From an uncultured bacterium (GTDB lineage: Bacteria; Actinomycetota; Acidimicrobiia; Spongiisociales; UBA4744): a stretch of 38,412 nucleotides of DNA. Of this stretch, positions 7,959 through 16,922 are shown one piece after another. The number at the start of each line of letters is the position of its first letter. The first letter of the stretch is position 1. Both the position numbers and the translations under genes were made by a program. The DNA lies in NCBI GenBank assembly GCA_965549635.1, contig CBEVHI010000002.1:1-38412 (forward strand), read 5' to 3'. The notes beneath the pieces were generated by a model that was not told the origin of the DNA, did not search any database, and saw only the letters and a program-made list of their open reading frames with translations.

Positions 7959-8147
7959 TCAGGCCTTGGTGACCTTGCCGGCCTTCAGACAGGAGGTGCA
8001 GACACGAACCCGCTTGGTGTTGGAGCCGTGACGGACCCTGACGCGCTGGATGTTGGGAAGCCAGCGGCGACTGGAGCGTTTGTGCGAGAAGCTGACCTGC
8101 TTCCCGTACCAGGGCTCTTTTCCACAGATTTCACAGCGATAGGACAC
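7959..8147 (-). CDS. rpmB: 50S ribosomal protein L28
   Basis: MSYRCEICGKEPWYGKQVSFSHKRSSRRWLPNIQRVRV. GTG start lies 5 nt after GAGGAG. Confidence 0.95.
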   Translation of the reverse strand: MSYRCEICGKEPWYGKQVSFSHKRSSRRWLPNIQRVRVRHGSNTKRVRVCTSCLKAGKVTKA

Positions 8148-8221
8148 GGCATCTCCTCGGGCCGGTGAGCGAGGTTAGCACCACGTGCGATCTGCGTGGA
8201 ATCGTATACTCGTCGGCGTTC

Positions 8222-9823
8222 ATGCAATCCCGAGAGCACCTCACCGCCGATCACCTGAAGCGGGTCCTCACTCGATACCACGAGCGACTCGGTTACTACC
8301 GGGACGCGCTCAACAGGTTGAACGTCTACCCGGTACCCGATGGCGACACCGGGACCAACATGCAGCTCACGGTCAGCACCGTTGTCGACGAGATGGGCCC
8401 GGCGAACGGGATGGACGAGGTCATGAGCGCGCTGGCCCACGGATCGTTGATGGGTGCGCGAGGAAACAGCGGGGTCATCCTCGCTCAGATCCTGCGCGGC
8501 CTCTCCGACACGTTCCGGGAGGTCGAGCGGGTGGGCGTACCGGAGCTGGTCCGTGCTCTGGAGCGTGCCTCCGAAGCTGCGTATCAGGCAGTACTCCACC
8601 CGGTCGAAGGGACGATTCTGACCGTGCTCCGGGCCGCCGCCGATGCCGCGGTCGAGAGCGGCACCCGGGCCGGTGCCGACCTCGGCGCTCTCCTGGGAGG
8701 CGTCTACGCGCGAGCCGAACAGGCGCTCGAGGCGACGCCGACGCTTCTGCCCGTCCTGGAACGCGCCGGCGTCGTGGACGCAGGGGGAGCGGGGTTGCTG
8801 CTTCTGCTCGCCGCGTTTCTCGAAGAAGCGACCGGATCCGAAGTCGCTCTGCCCGAGCAGATCTTCTTCGCCACCCCCAGCACCGAGGTGGCAACCGAGG
8901 CGGTCACGGCCGAACGATACGAAGTGGTGATGATCCTCGAGGCACCCGACGAGCGAGTGGACGCATTCCGCACACAGTGGGGGAGGATTGGCGGGTCGAT
9001 CGTCGTGATGGGGGGCGAAGGCAGATACAAGTGCCACATTCATACGGACCATCCCGCAGCAGCGATCGAAGCGGCCGTCCATCTCGAAGATGGACCTGTC
9101 GGTTCGTTCCATGATCTGAGCATCGTCGACCTCGCCGAGCAGACCGCCGAGCAGGCCTTCCATCTCGAAGGAGTAGCCGTCATCGCCATTGTTGCCGGGG
9201 AGGGTCTGGCTGCCCTGTTTCGCGGTCTGGGCGCTTCTGACGTCGTCTCCGGCGGCCAGACGATGAACCCGTCGACTTCCGAGCTGGTCGAGGCGGTGCA
9301 GCGCGCGCAGGCCCCATCCGTGGTGTTGCTGCCCAACAACAAGAACATCATTCCCGTAGCCCGGCAGGTCGATGCCCTCACCGACAAGAGGGTGCTTGTC
9401 GTTCCGACCCAGTCAGTGCAGCAGGGGGTTGCCGCCATGTTGGGCTTCCTGCCGGGGCAGGCGCCGGAGGCTGTCGTCGCTGCGATGCAAGCGGCTGCGG
9501 AGTCGGTGGTGACCGGGGAAGTCACCCGGGCCATCCGGGACGCCGATGTCGAGACAGGTCCGGTGCAAGCGGGAGACTGGCTCGGCATCGTCGAGGGCCT
9601 GATCAGGGCCTCGGGACGAGATCTCGCAGAGGTTCTGGTCGGGACCGTCGAGGCCATGGTGAGTGACGACACCGAGTTGGTGACCCTGTACATGGGAGAC
9701 GGGGCAACCCCGGCGGCGACCCGGGCCGCCCTGACCCGCATGGAGGCCATCCGGCCCGACGTCGAGGTCGAGATCGAAGAAGGAGGGCAGCCGCTCTACC
9801 CCTATCTGATCTCAGCAGAGTGA
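8222..9823 (+). CDS. DAK2 domain fusion protein (YloV family)
   Basis: LNVYPVPDGDTGTNM sits about 33 aa from ATG 8222, the same offset as in B. subtilis YloV from memory. The track start GTG 8165 would leave only 17 nt to divergent rpmB. Confidence 0.85.
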   Translation: MQSREHLTADHLKRVLTRYHERLGYYRDALNRLNVYPVPDGDTGTNMQLTVSTVVDEMGPANGMDEVMSALAHGSLMGARGNSGVILAQILRGLSDTFREVERVGVPELVRALERASEAAYQAVLHPVEGTILTVLRAAADAAVESGTRAGADLGALLGGVYARAEQALEATPTLLPVLERAGVVDAGGAGLLLLLAAFLEEATGSEVALPEQIFFATPSTEVATEAVTAERYEVVMILEAPDERVDAFRTQWGRIGGSIVVMGGEGRYKCHIHTDHPAAAIEAAVHLEDGPVGSFHDLSIVDLAEQTAEQAFHLEGVAVIAIVAGEGLAALFRGLGASDVVSGGQTMNPSTSELVEAVQRAQAPSVVLLPNNKNIIPVARQVDALTDKRVLVVPTQSVQQGVAAMLGFLPGQAPEAVVAAMQAAAESVVTGEVTRAIRDADVETGPVQAGDWLGIVEGLIRASGRDLAEVLVGTVEAMVSDDTELVTLYMGDGATPAATRAALTRMEAIRPDVEVEIEEGGQPLYPYLISAE

Positions 9824-11967
9824 GCAGCCTGGCACACCTCTCCGACGTTCCGGTGGAGCGGGTCAAGCTGCTCTCGGGTCGGCGAGGCGAGAAGCTGCGA
9901 AAGGCGGGGATCGGTAGCGTCGCCGATCTCCTGCAGCATGTCCCTCGCAGATACATCGATCGCTCCAGGATCGAACCGATTGCCAAGGTGCCGGTTGGTC
10001 GGGAGGTCACGATCATCGGAGAAGTGCGGAGCGTCTCCACCCGCCAGCCCAGACGAAACCTGGCGATCACCGAAGCGGTCGTTGCGGACGAGAGCGCACG
10101 AATCAAGGTGGTGTGGTTCAACCAGCGATTCCGGGAGCGTCAGCTGTCGGTCGGCGCCGAAGTGGCACTCTCGGGCAAAGTCGAGTCCTTCCGCGGCGGG
10201 ATCCAGATGAAGAGTCCGGACGTCGACTTGATGAGGTCGGCTTCCGAGAGCCTGGTGACCGGCAGAGTGGTGCCGGTCTACTCGACGGTGGGAGGCGTTT
10301 CTTCCGGGTACGTCCGCAGGGCGATGCACAACGCGCTCGGCAGGGCGAGACCGATTGAAGATCCGATGCCGGAGCCGATCCTCGAAAGGCTCGGTCTGGT
10401 CGACCGTGACCGGGCATTCGCCGACATCCACTTTCCCGAGACGCCGGAAGTCATCACGGCGGCTCGCCGGCGCCTCGTGTTTGACGAACTCTTCCGCCTC
10501 GAGGTGGCGCTCGCTCTCTCGAAGAGAAAGATGATCGAGGATGCGGTTGGCATCGCTCACGAGTCTGGCAGACAGCTCCTCGACGGATTCATCGGTGGAC
10601 TCCCGTTCGCCTTGACCGGCGCGCAGTCGAAAGTGATCGACGAAATCAGAGCGGACATGCGAGCCCCGCATCCGATGCATCGCCTGTTGCTCGGCGAGGT
10701 CGGATCCGGCAAGACGGTCGTGGCGGTCTCCGCCCTCCTGACCGGCGTCGCCGGAGGGTATCAGGGTGCGGTCATGGCGCCGACGGAGGTTCTCGCTGTT
10801 CAGCACTATCTCTCCATCTCGGCACTCTTCGAAGGTGCCGGTCTGGCTCCTCCCCCCGACGACACCCCCAACCTGTTCACCGGTGAAGGGGACGGCGTAC
10901 GGCTGGCGCTGCTGACGTCCGCCAACGCTGAGGTGAACTTCCGGCCGAGCGTCACCCGCGACGAGCTCCTTGGGCTGGTTGCCGAGGGTGAGGTCGATGT
11001 GGTCGTTGGCACCCATGCGCTCATCCAGGAAGGCGTCCGGTTCGCGTCGCTGGGAATCGCCGTGATCGACGAGCAGCATCGGTTCGGAGTCCATCAGCGG
11101 GTGCAACTGAAGGAGAAGGCCGAGGACGTCGACCCTGACCTGCTGATCATGACCGCAACCCCCATTCCTCGGACGCTGTCGATGACGTTGTACGGGGACC
11201 TCGATGTGTCCCTCCTCGACGAGATGCCGCCCGGCAGGCCGCAGGTGACCACGGTGGCGGTCACTCCGGAGATGCTTCCCGACGTCTACGAACGTGTCCG
11301 CAGCGAGGCCGCCAAAGGACGGCAGACTTTCGTCGTCTGTCCTCTCGTTGAGGACAGCCCGAAGGTGCAGGCGGCATCGGCGACCGCCGAATACCAACGA
11401 CTCCAAGGGGTCTTTCCCGATCTGCGCATCGGATTGCTGCACGGACAGCTGCGATCGGCGGACAAGCACGCCGTCATGCAGTCGCTCCGAGAAGGTGCGT
11501 TGGATCTTCTCGTGACCACGACCGTCATCGAGGTGGGGATCGATATCCCCAACTCGACGGTGATGATCATCGAGGACGCCGACCGGTTCGGTTTGAGCCA
11601 GCTTCACCAGCTTCGGGGTAGGCTCGCCCGCCACACAGGGCCCAATTGGTGCTACCTGGTTGCCGACCCTTCGACCGACGAGGGGAGGGAGCGAATCGGA
11701 GCCATGGTGGCAACCGACGACGGCTTCGAACTCGCGGAAGTCGACCTGCGGATACGGGGTCAGGGAACCGTGTTCGGCGCGCACCAGTCCGGAGTGTCCG
11801 ATCTTCGCCTCTCGGACATCCTGCGGGACGCGGAGGAACTCGTGGCAGCAAGACGCGAGGCGTTCGCGCTCGTGGAACAGGACCCGGAGCTCGCCCGGCA
11901 CCAAGCGGTGCGCGCCGAGGTGAGGGCGCTGCTGGCAGACACGACAGAATGGTTGTTTCGATCGTGA
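9820..11967 (+). CDS. recG: ATP-dependent DNA helicase RecG
   Basis: Wedge/OB N-terminus, GEVGSGKT, VIDEQHRFG, and helicase C motifs (TTVIEVGIDIPN, QLHQLRGRLAR). GTGA overlap with the DAK2 stop. Confidence 0.95.
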   Translation: MSSLAHLSDVPVERVKLLSGRRGEKLRKAGIGSVADLLQHVPRRYIDRSRIEPIAKVPVGREVTIIGEVRSVSTRQPRRNLAITEAVVADESARIKVVWFNQRFRERQLSVGAEVALSGKVESFRGGIQMKSPDVDLMRSASESLVTGRVVPVYSTVGGVSSGYVRRAMHNALGRARPIEDPMPEPILERLGLVDRDRAFADIHFPETPEVITAARRRLVFDELFRLEVALALSKRKMIEDAVGIAHESGRQLLDGFIGGLPFALTGAQSKVIDEIRADMRAPHPMHRLLLGEVGSGKTVVAVSALLTGVAGGYQGAVMAPTEVLAVQHYLSISALFEGAGLAPPPDDTPNLFTGEGDGVRLALLTSANAEVNFRPSVTRDELLGLVAEGEVDVVVGTHALIQEGVRFASLGIAVIDEQHRFGVHQRVQLKEKAEDVDPDLLIMTATPIPRTLSMTLYGDLDVSLLDEMPPGRPQVTTVAVTPEMLPDVYERVRSEAAKGRQTFVVCPLVEDSPKVQAASATAEYQRLQGVFPDLRIGLLHGQLRSADKHAVMQSLREGALDLLVTTTVIEVGIDIPNSTVMIIEDADRFGLSQLHQLRGRLARHTGPNWCYLVADPSTDEGRERIGAMVATDDGFELAEVDLRIRGQGTVFGAHQSGVSDLRLSDILRDAEELVAARREAFALVEQDPELARHQAVRAEVRALLADTTEWLFRS

Positions 11968-12509
11968 GAATCATCGCCGGACGAGCGAAAGGCCGACGCC
12001 TGAGGGGACCTTCCGGACTGGGAACACGCCCGATGACGGATCGTGCCAGAGAAGCGCTGTTCTCCTCGCTCGGAGAGCGGGTCGTCGGCGCCAGAGTGCT
12101 CGATCTGTTTGCCGGCACCGGTTCCATTGGTTTGGAGGCGTTGAGCCGCGGTGCTTCCACCGTCATCTTCGTGGAACGAGACCGAGCCGCACTGGCAGTC
12201 CTGCGTCACAACATCGCTGCCGTCGGGTTGGGGGGAACCGTATGGGCGGGGGACGTCGAACGTTTCCTTCGTGATGCGACCGCTGACGCGGATCTCGTAT
12301 TCGTTGACCCCCCCTATGCGTTGTCGCTAGCGTTGACCGAGAAGCTGCTGTTCGAGTTGGTCCCGAGGCTCACTGCCCGGGCGGAAATCATTCTCCACCG
12401 AAGGGCGGGAGAGAGGCCTCCGGCGGTCGAAGGCCTGACGCAGATCGACCGTCGCAGATACGGTGACACCGTGCTGTGGCGCCTGAGGAAGAAGGAGGAA
12501 GAGGCGTGA
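11949..12509 (+). CDS. rsmD: 16S rRNA (guanine966-N2)-methyltransferase RsmD
   Basis: RIIAGRAKGRRL, LDLFAGTGSIGLEALSRGA, VFVDPPY. Track ORF 11646..12509 trimmed. GTG 11964 (GTGA overlap with the recG stop) is an equally plausible start. Confidence 0.9.
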   Translation: MVVSIVRIIAGRAKGRRLRGPSGLGTRPMTDRAREALFSSLGERVVGARVLDLFAGTGSIGLEALSRGASTVIFVERDRAALAVLRHNIAAVGLGGTVWAGDVERFLRDATADADLVFVDPPYALSLALTEKLLFELVPRLTARAEIILHRRAGERPPAVEGLTQIDRRRYGDTVLWRLRKKEEEA

Positions 12510-12982
12510 CGGTCGCTCTGATCCCCGGGAGCTTTGACCCTCCCACCAACGGACACCTCGACGTCATCAGGCGTTGCCTCGGGGTCTTCGGTGAAGTCGT
12601 GATCGCGGTCGTTGCGAACCCATCGAAGACGCCGCTGTTCTCGGCAGAAGAGCGAGTTTCGATGCTCGCCGAGATCTACGCCACTGAGCGTGTCGATGTG
12701 CAGAGCTTCGATGGACTCCTGGTCGACTTCGCTCGCTCCCGCGGGGTCGACGTCATTGTCAAAGGTCTTCGGGCTGTCACCGACTTCGAGTACGAGCTAC
12801 AGATGGCACAGATGAACGAGAGCCTGGCCGGTATCAGCACACTGTTCCTTCCGACCGCCCCCGTGTACGGGTTTCTGTCCTCATCACTGGTCAAGGAGGT
12901 GGCGCGTTTCGGCGGCTCGGTCGACGAACTCGTACCGTCCATCGTGAACGATGCACTGAAGGGGAGGTATGGCGATGACTGA
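12506..12982 (+). CDS. coaD: Phosphopantetheine adenylyltransferase
   Basis: ALIPGSFDPPTNGHLDVIRR. GTG 12506 overlaps the rsmD stop (GTGA). Confidence 0.93.
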   Translation: MTVALIPGSFDPPTNGHLDVIRRCLGVFGEVVIAVVANPSKTPLFSAEERVSMLAEIYATERVDVQSFDGLLVDFARSRGVDVIVKGLRAVTDFEYELQMAQMNESLAGISTLFLPTAPVYGFLSSSLVKEVARFGGSVDELVPSIVNDALKGRYGDD

Positions 12983-13478
12983 AGGAGCGGAACACATCCC
13001 CGAGGTCGGAGAGCTTGCCGACCTGCTCGATCGAATCGAGACAGCAGTCCGAGACGCAAAGGCCATTCCCTTGTCGGGCAGCGTGCGGGTCGATCGTGAG
13101 GAGCTGCTGGAGATGATCGGGCAGCTGCGGGCGGCTCTTCCCGAAGAGCTCCGTGCGGCACGCTGGATGGTCAGAGAGCGGGAAGCGTTCATTGCAAGGA
13201 CGAATGAGCGCGCCAAGTCGATCGTCGACAAGGCGACGGCGAAAGCGAGCGAGATGGTGAGCGAGTCGCGGGTGCTCGCTGAGGCCGTTGAGGAAGCGAA
13301 CGCCCTGGTGCGCAGGGCAGAGGGTGAGGCGAGGAGAATCCGTCTCGAGGCCGAGGACCTCGCCGACGATCGGCTCGAGCAGATCGAGATCCTGTTTCGC
13401 AATCTTCTCGGGCAGATCAGAGGGGTGCGCTCGCAGTATCATGAGGCCCGTCCTCCGGCCCCGCCTGTCCCCGAATAG
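12975..13478 (+). CDS. Coiled-coil protein (DivIVA / ATP-synthase-b-like heptad sequence), function unknown
   Basis: Long charged helical sequence (EELLEMIGQLRAALPEELRAARWMVREREAFIARTNERAKSIVDKATAKA...). ATG 12975 lies 7 nt after GGGGAGG (12961-12967); ATG 12969 is the alternative. Confidence 0.65.
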   Translation: MTEGAEHIPEVGELADLLDRIETAVRDAKAIPLSGSVRVDREELLEMIGQLRAALPEELRAARWMVREREAFIARTNERAKSIVDKATAKASEMVSESRVLAEAVEEANALVRRAEGEARRIRLEAEDLADDRLEQIEILFRNLLGQIRGVRSQYHEARPPAPPVPE

Positions 13479-13490
13479 CCTGGCACCAAC

Positions 13491-13982
13491 ATGTCCGAAT
13501 TCACTGTCAACGTCTCCGACTTGCTCGGCCATCCCGGCTCCCGTAGGCAGATCGTGCTCGACGGTCTCCTGGACATCGATCTCGACCTTGCGTCCGTGAG
13601 TGGGCCGGTTCACATGGAAGGGAGACTCGACGCGACGATCGACGAGGTCGTCGCGCGGGGCAGCCTCGCGTTCACGGCGACGTTGCGATGCAATCGATGT
13701 CTGACCGAGTGGGAGCAACCGATGGAGGTCGACTTCCTCGACGTCTTCGCCCACCAGCCGATCGATGGGGACACCATCATCGAGCGGAACGGCTCGCTCG
13801 ATCTCGAACAGACCTTTCGAGACGAGGTCTCGCTCGCTCTTCCGGTGGTTCCCCTCTGTGGGGAGGACTGCCTCGGACTTTGCCCAACGTGCGGAACCGA
13901 CTTGAATACGAATCCCTGTTCCGGGCACACCGATGAGAGCGCGTCTCCCTTCGGCGCCCTCCGACATCTCCTGGAACGTTGA
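13491..13982 (+). CDS. YceD/DUF177 family protein (large-subunit rRNA accumulation protein)
   Basis: C-terminal CGEDCLGLCPTCGTDLN cysteine cluster and the classical position directly upstream of rpmF. Confidence 0.85.
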   Translation: MSEFTVNVSDLLGHPGSRRQIVLDGLLDIDLDLASVSGPVHMEGRLDATIDEVVARGSLAFTATLRCNRCLTEWEQPMEVDFLDVFAHQPIDGDTIIERNGSLDLEQTFRDEVSLALPVVPLCGEDCLGLCPTCGTDLNTNPCSGHTDESASPFGALRHLLER

Positions 13983-13994
13983 GAGGAGCCCCCA

Positions 13995-14174
13995 GTGGCT
14001 GTACCCAAGAAGAAAATGTCGCGGTCTCGCACCAGACGCCGCAAGGCCGGCTGGAAGCTCAGCCGCCCGCGTATGTCGACGTGCCCACAGTGCCACGCGC
14101 CCAAGTTGCCCCATCGGGCCTGCCCGAACTGCGGAACCTACCGGGGTCACGAGGTCACCGCCGGATCCGAGTGA
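13995..14174 (+). CDS. rpmF: 50S ribosomal protein L32
   Basis: Hand-translated from GTG 13995: (M)AVPKKKMSRSRTRRRKAGWKLSRPRMSTCPQCHAPKLPHRACPNCGTYRGHEVTAGSE, stop TGA 14172-14174, SD GAGAGGAG at 13981-13988. At 59 codons it is absent from the supplied ORF track. Confidence 0.93.
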   Translation: MAVPKKKMSRSRTRRRKAGWKLSRPRMSTCPQCHAPKLPHRACPNCGTYRGHEVTAGSE

Positions 14175-14175
14175 C

Positions 14176-15102
14176 GTGATAGCCCTCGACGCAATGGGGG
14201 GCGACCATGCACCTCGCGAAACTGTCGCCGGGGCCGCCGAGGCAGCCCGGAGAGGCGTCGACGTCGTCCTCGTCGGAGATCCTGCCCGCCTGGAGTCCGC
14301 TTGCGCAGAACTCGACGTCGACCTGCCCATCGTTGGTGCGAGCCAGGTCGTCGAGATGGGCGAGGACCCTGCGTCGTCGATCCGGGAGAAGACCGACGCA
14401 TCGATCAGCGTGGCAGCGAGACTGGTGCGCACCGGTGAAGCGGACGGTCTCGTGTCCGCCGGCTCGACCGGTGCAGCACTTGCAGCAGCGGCAGTCATCA
14501 TCGGCAGGATCCCCGGCGTTCTGAGACCGGCCATCGCCACCGTCATACCGTCGACACCGCCTGTCGTACTCATCGACTCGGGGGCGAATCCGAGCGTGTC
14601 ACCTCAGCACCTCGTTCAGTTCGGCATCATGGGCTCGGTGGTGTCGGAGCTCGTACTCGGCCAGGCCGATCCTTCCATCGGGCTCCTGTCGATCGGCCAG
14701 GAGAGAGGCAAGGGGAGAGACCTGGAGAGGCAGGCCACTCCGCTGCTCGAGGAAGCATTTCCCCGCTTCATCGGCAACGTCGAAGGGCGGGACATCACCA
14801 CCGGACAGGTCAACGTCGTTGTCTCGGACGGCTTCACCGGCAACGTTGCGCTCAAGACGATCGAAGGCACGGTCCGCTGGGTTGCCTCCCTGGCTGCGAT
14901 GGCGGCGGCGCCGCTTCCCCCCGAGGTGCTGTCCGGGATCGACTACGAGAGCACCGGCGGAGCCCACCTGGTAGGAACCCGGGGCGTGGTCGTCATTGCT
15001 CACGGTTCATCGTCGAGAGTGTCCATTGCCAACGCCCTCACGGCGGCAGCTCGCCATGCGGACTCCGGCATGGTCGAAGCGATAGGCCGGCGCATCGCAT
15101 GA
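14176..15102 (+). CDS. plsX: Phosphate acyltransferase PlsX
   Basis: ALDAMGGDHAP, SAGSTGA, DGFTGNVALKT. Track ORF 13933..15102 trimmed to GTG 14176, 1 nt after the rpmF stop. Confidence 0.92.
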   Translation: MIALDAMGGDHAPRETVAGAAEAARRGVDVVLVGDPARLESACAELDVDLPIVGASQVVEMGEDPASSIREKTDASISVAARLVRTGEADGLVSAGSTGAALAAAAVIIGRIPGVLRPAIATVIPSTPPVVLIDSGANPSVSPQHLVQFGIMGSVVSELVLGQADPSIGLLSIGQERGKGRDLERQATPLLEEAFPRFIGNVEGRDITTGQVNVVVSDGFTGNVALKTIEGTVRWVASLAAMAAAPLPPEVLSGIDYESTGGAHLVGTRGVVVIAHGSSSRVSIANALTAAARHADSGMVEAIGRRIA

Positions 15103-15791
15103 CACCGATCGAAGCTGAACTTGGACACCGCTTTCGCAACCGGACGCTGCTGGAAACGGCGTTGACCCACCGGTCGTATTCGGCCGAACACATTGGAGTA
15201 GAGCACAACGAGAGGATGGAGTTCCTGGGCGACGCCGTTCTCGGTCTCGTGATGACGGATCTGCTCTTCGAACGGTTCACCAACATGCGGGAGGGCCAGA
15301 TGGCCAAACTGCGCGCTTCGCTGGTCAGCAGGCCGGCGCTGGCGAAGGTGGCCCGGGCAATCGGACTCGGCGGGGGACTCCGCATCGGACGCGGGGAGGA
15401 GGTCTCCGACGGCAGGGGAAAGGAGTCGATCCTCGCCGATGCGATGGAGGCGGTTCTGGCAGCCGTCTACCTCGACGCCGGGCTGGCCGAAGCGCGCGCG
15501 GTGATCGTTCGGCACTGGGCGACCGACATCACCGAACGCGCCGTCGCACCGGGTGGAAAGGACTACAAGACCCGTCTGCAGGAAGTCCTCGCCAAAGCGC
15601 AGCTCGAACCTTCCTACGTGGTGAAGGGCGAAGGGCCCGATCACGAACGGATGTTCCTGGCTTCGGTGCTGATCGGCGGAGCGGAGTACGGTCGCGGCAC
15701 GGGCGGTTCGAAGAAGGAAGCACAGCAGCAGGCCGCCAAGGCCGCCTTGGAGCGGATGGCCGACGTGGACAACGATGCCGGAGCTTCCTGA
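15099..15791 (+). CDS. rnc: Ribonuclease III
   Basis: LLETALTHRSY, NERMEFLGDAVLG, C-terminal dsRBD (GSKKEAQQQAAKAAL). ATGA overlap with plsX. Confidence 0.95.
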   Translation: MTPIEAELGHRFRNRTLLETALTHRSYSAEHIGVEHNERMEFLGDAVLGLVMTDLLFERFTNMREGQMAKLRASLVSRPALAKVARAIGLGGGLRIGRGEEVSDGRGKESILADAMEAVLAAVYLDAGLAEARAVIVRHWATDITERAVAPGGKDYKTRLQEVLAKAQLEPSYVVKGEGPDHERMFLASVLIGGAEYGRGTGGSKKEAQQQAAKAALERMADVDNDAGAS

Positions 15792-16602
15792 AGTCGAGTC
15801 GGTGCGTCGTGTTCTCGCCGCCGAGATCGCGGGGCGAACCGCCACTGCCGCAGGAGTGACACATCCGAGGATGTTGCGCCGCCAACCGACGGGGACGAAC
15901 TTCGGCGAGCGTCTCATCGGGCGGCGTGTCGAACGTGTCGATCGTCGGGGCAAGTTCCTGTTTTCTCGGATCGACGGCGGATCGACATGGATCGTGCATC
16001 TGGGCATGTCAGGACGTGTCCGGCTCACCGATCCGCTTTCCGAAGTCGAGCAGCACACCCACGTGAGGGTTCGCTTCGGTGATCAGGAGGTTCGTGTCGT
16101 CGATCCTCGAACGTTCGGGTTCACAGCTGTGGTCACTGCCGCCGAGCTCGACAACCTGCTCGAAGAGCGAGTCGGGAGAGATGCACTCCTCGATCTGCCC
16201 GACCCGGAAGCGCTGTCCGGCTGGCTGCGGGGGAGGAGTGCTCCCATCAAGGCGCTCCTTCTCGACCAACGGTTCATCTCTGGGCTCGGCAACATCTACA
16301 CCGACGAGATTCTCTTCCGCGCCGGGATCCGGGGCGTGCGGGCGGGAGGGTCGCTGAGCAGAAGTGAGATCGAGCATCTGCACGCTGCGGTGCGGCCCGT
16401 GCTCGAAGAGGCACTTCGGGATGGTGGCACGACTCTGGACGACCTGGCATACCTGCTCCCCGATGGTCGGGCGGCGAGCCACGTTGCCAGGCTGGCGGTC
16501 TACGGAAGATACGGCAGGTCTTGCGGAACGTGCGACAGCACGATCCGTCGGGCTCGGGTCGCAGGGCGAACGACATGTTGGTGTCCAACATGCCAGACGT
16601 GA
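15775..16602 (+). CDS. mutM: Formamidopyrimidine-DNA glycosylase
   Basis: MPELPEVE N-terminus and a C-terminal zinc finger CGTC...CWCPTCQ. The start overlaps the rnc end by 17 nt. Confidence 0.95.
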   Translation: MPELPEVESVRRVLAAEIAGRTATAAGVTHPRMLRRQPTGTNFGERLIGRRVERVDRRGKFLFSRIDGGSTWIVHLGMSGRVRLTDPLSEVEQHTHVRVRFGDQEVRVVDPRTFGFTAVVTAAELDNLLEERVGRDALLDLPDPEALSGWLRGRSAPIKALLLDQRFISGLGNIYTDEILFRAGIRGVRAGGSLSRSEIEHLHAAVRPVLEEALRDGGTTLDDLAYLLPDGRAASHVARLAVYGRYGRSCGTCDSTIRRARVAGRTTCWCPTCQT

Positions 16603-16868
16603 CGAGGGTCAGGGTCGTTGTCGGCGGGAGAGTTCAGGGGGTCGGATTCCGCTACGCCACATACCAGCGAGCTGTGTCGATGGGCATCGCAGGATGGGTC
16701 CGCAACCTTCCTTCCGGCGAGGTCGAGGTCGAGGCGCAGGCCGCGCCCGGCGACATCGACGACTTCGTGGCATGGCTGAGAGTCGGACCGCGATCAGCCA
16801 TCGTCAGAACGGTGCATGTCGAGCGTACGCTTGTCGACCCTGCGTTGGATGTGTTCTCGATTCGATGA
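16599..16868 (+). CDS. acyP: Acylphosphatase
   Basis: VRVVVGGRVQGVGFRYATYQRA...GIAGWVRNLPSGEVEVEAQ. GTG 16599 overlaps the mutM stop (GTGA). ATG 16590 and ATG 16575 are alternatives. Confidence 0.88.
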   Translation: MTRVRVVVGGRVQGVGFRYATYQRAVSMGIAGWVRNLPSGEVEVEAQAAPGDIDDFVAWLRVGPRSAIVRTVHVERTLVDPALDVFSIR

Positions 16869-16922
16869 CCTGCCGTCGAGCTGTGATAGCCTCATTTGGC
16901 CAAATCACAAGGGTGTCATTCA

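Noticed and set aside
9802-11904. 700-aa minus-strand ORF antisense to recG. Other long shadow ORFs: 1299..2159(-), 3974..4894(-), 4576..5535(-), 7985..9163(-), 12891..14573(-), 15000..16058(-), 19341..20234(-), 25194..26162(+), 31551..32594(+), 34638..36581(-)
   Set aside because: Each lies antisense or out of frame to a gene with unmistakable family motifs. Their translations are R/G/P/H-rich with no motifs. Long stop-free antisense frames are expected at this GC content.
16894-16905. 12-bp perfect palindrome ATTTGGCCAAAT 17 nt upstream of the smc start
   Set aside because: A 6+6 palindrome is expected many times by chance in 38 kb, and the symmetry does not extend beyond 12 bp. It could still be a promoter or operator element, but the sequence alone does not support a call.
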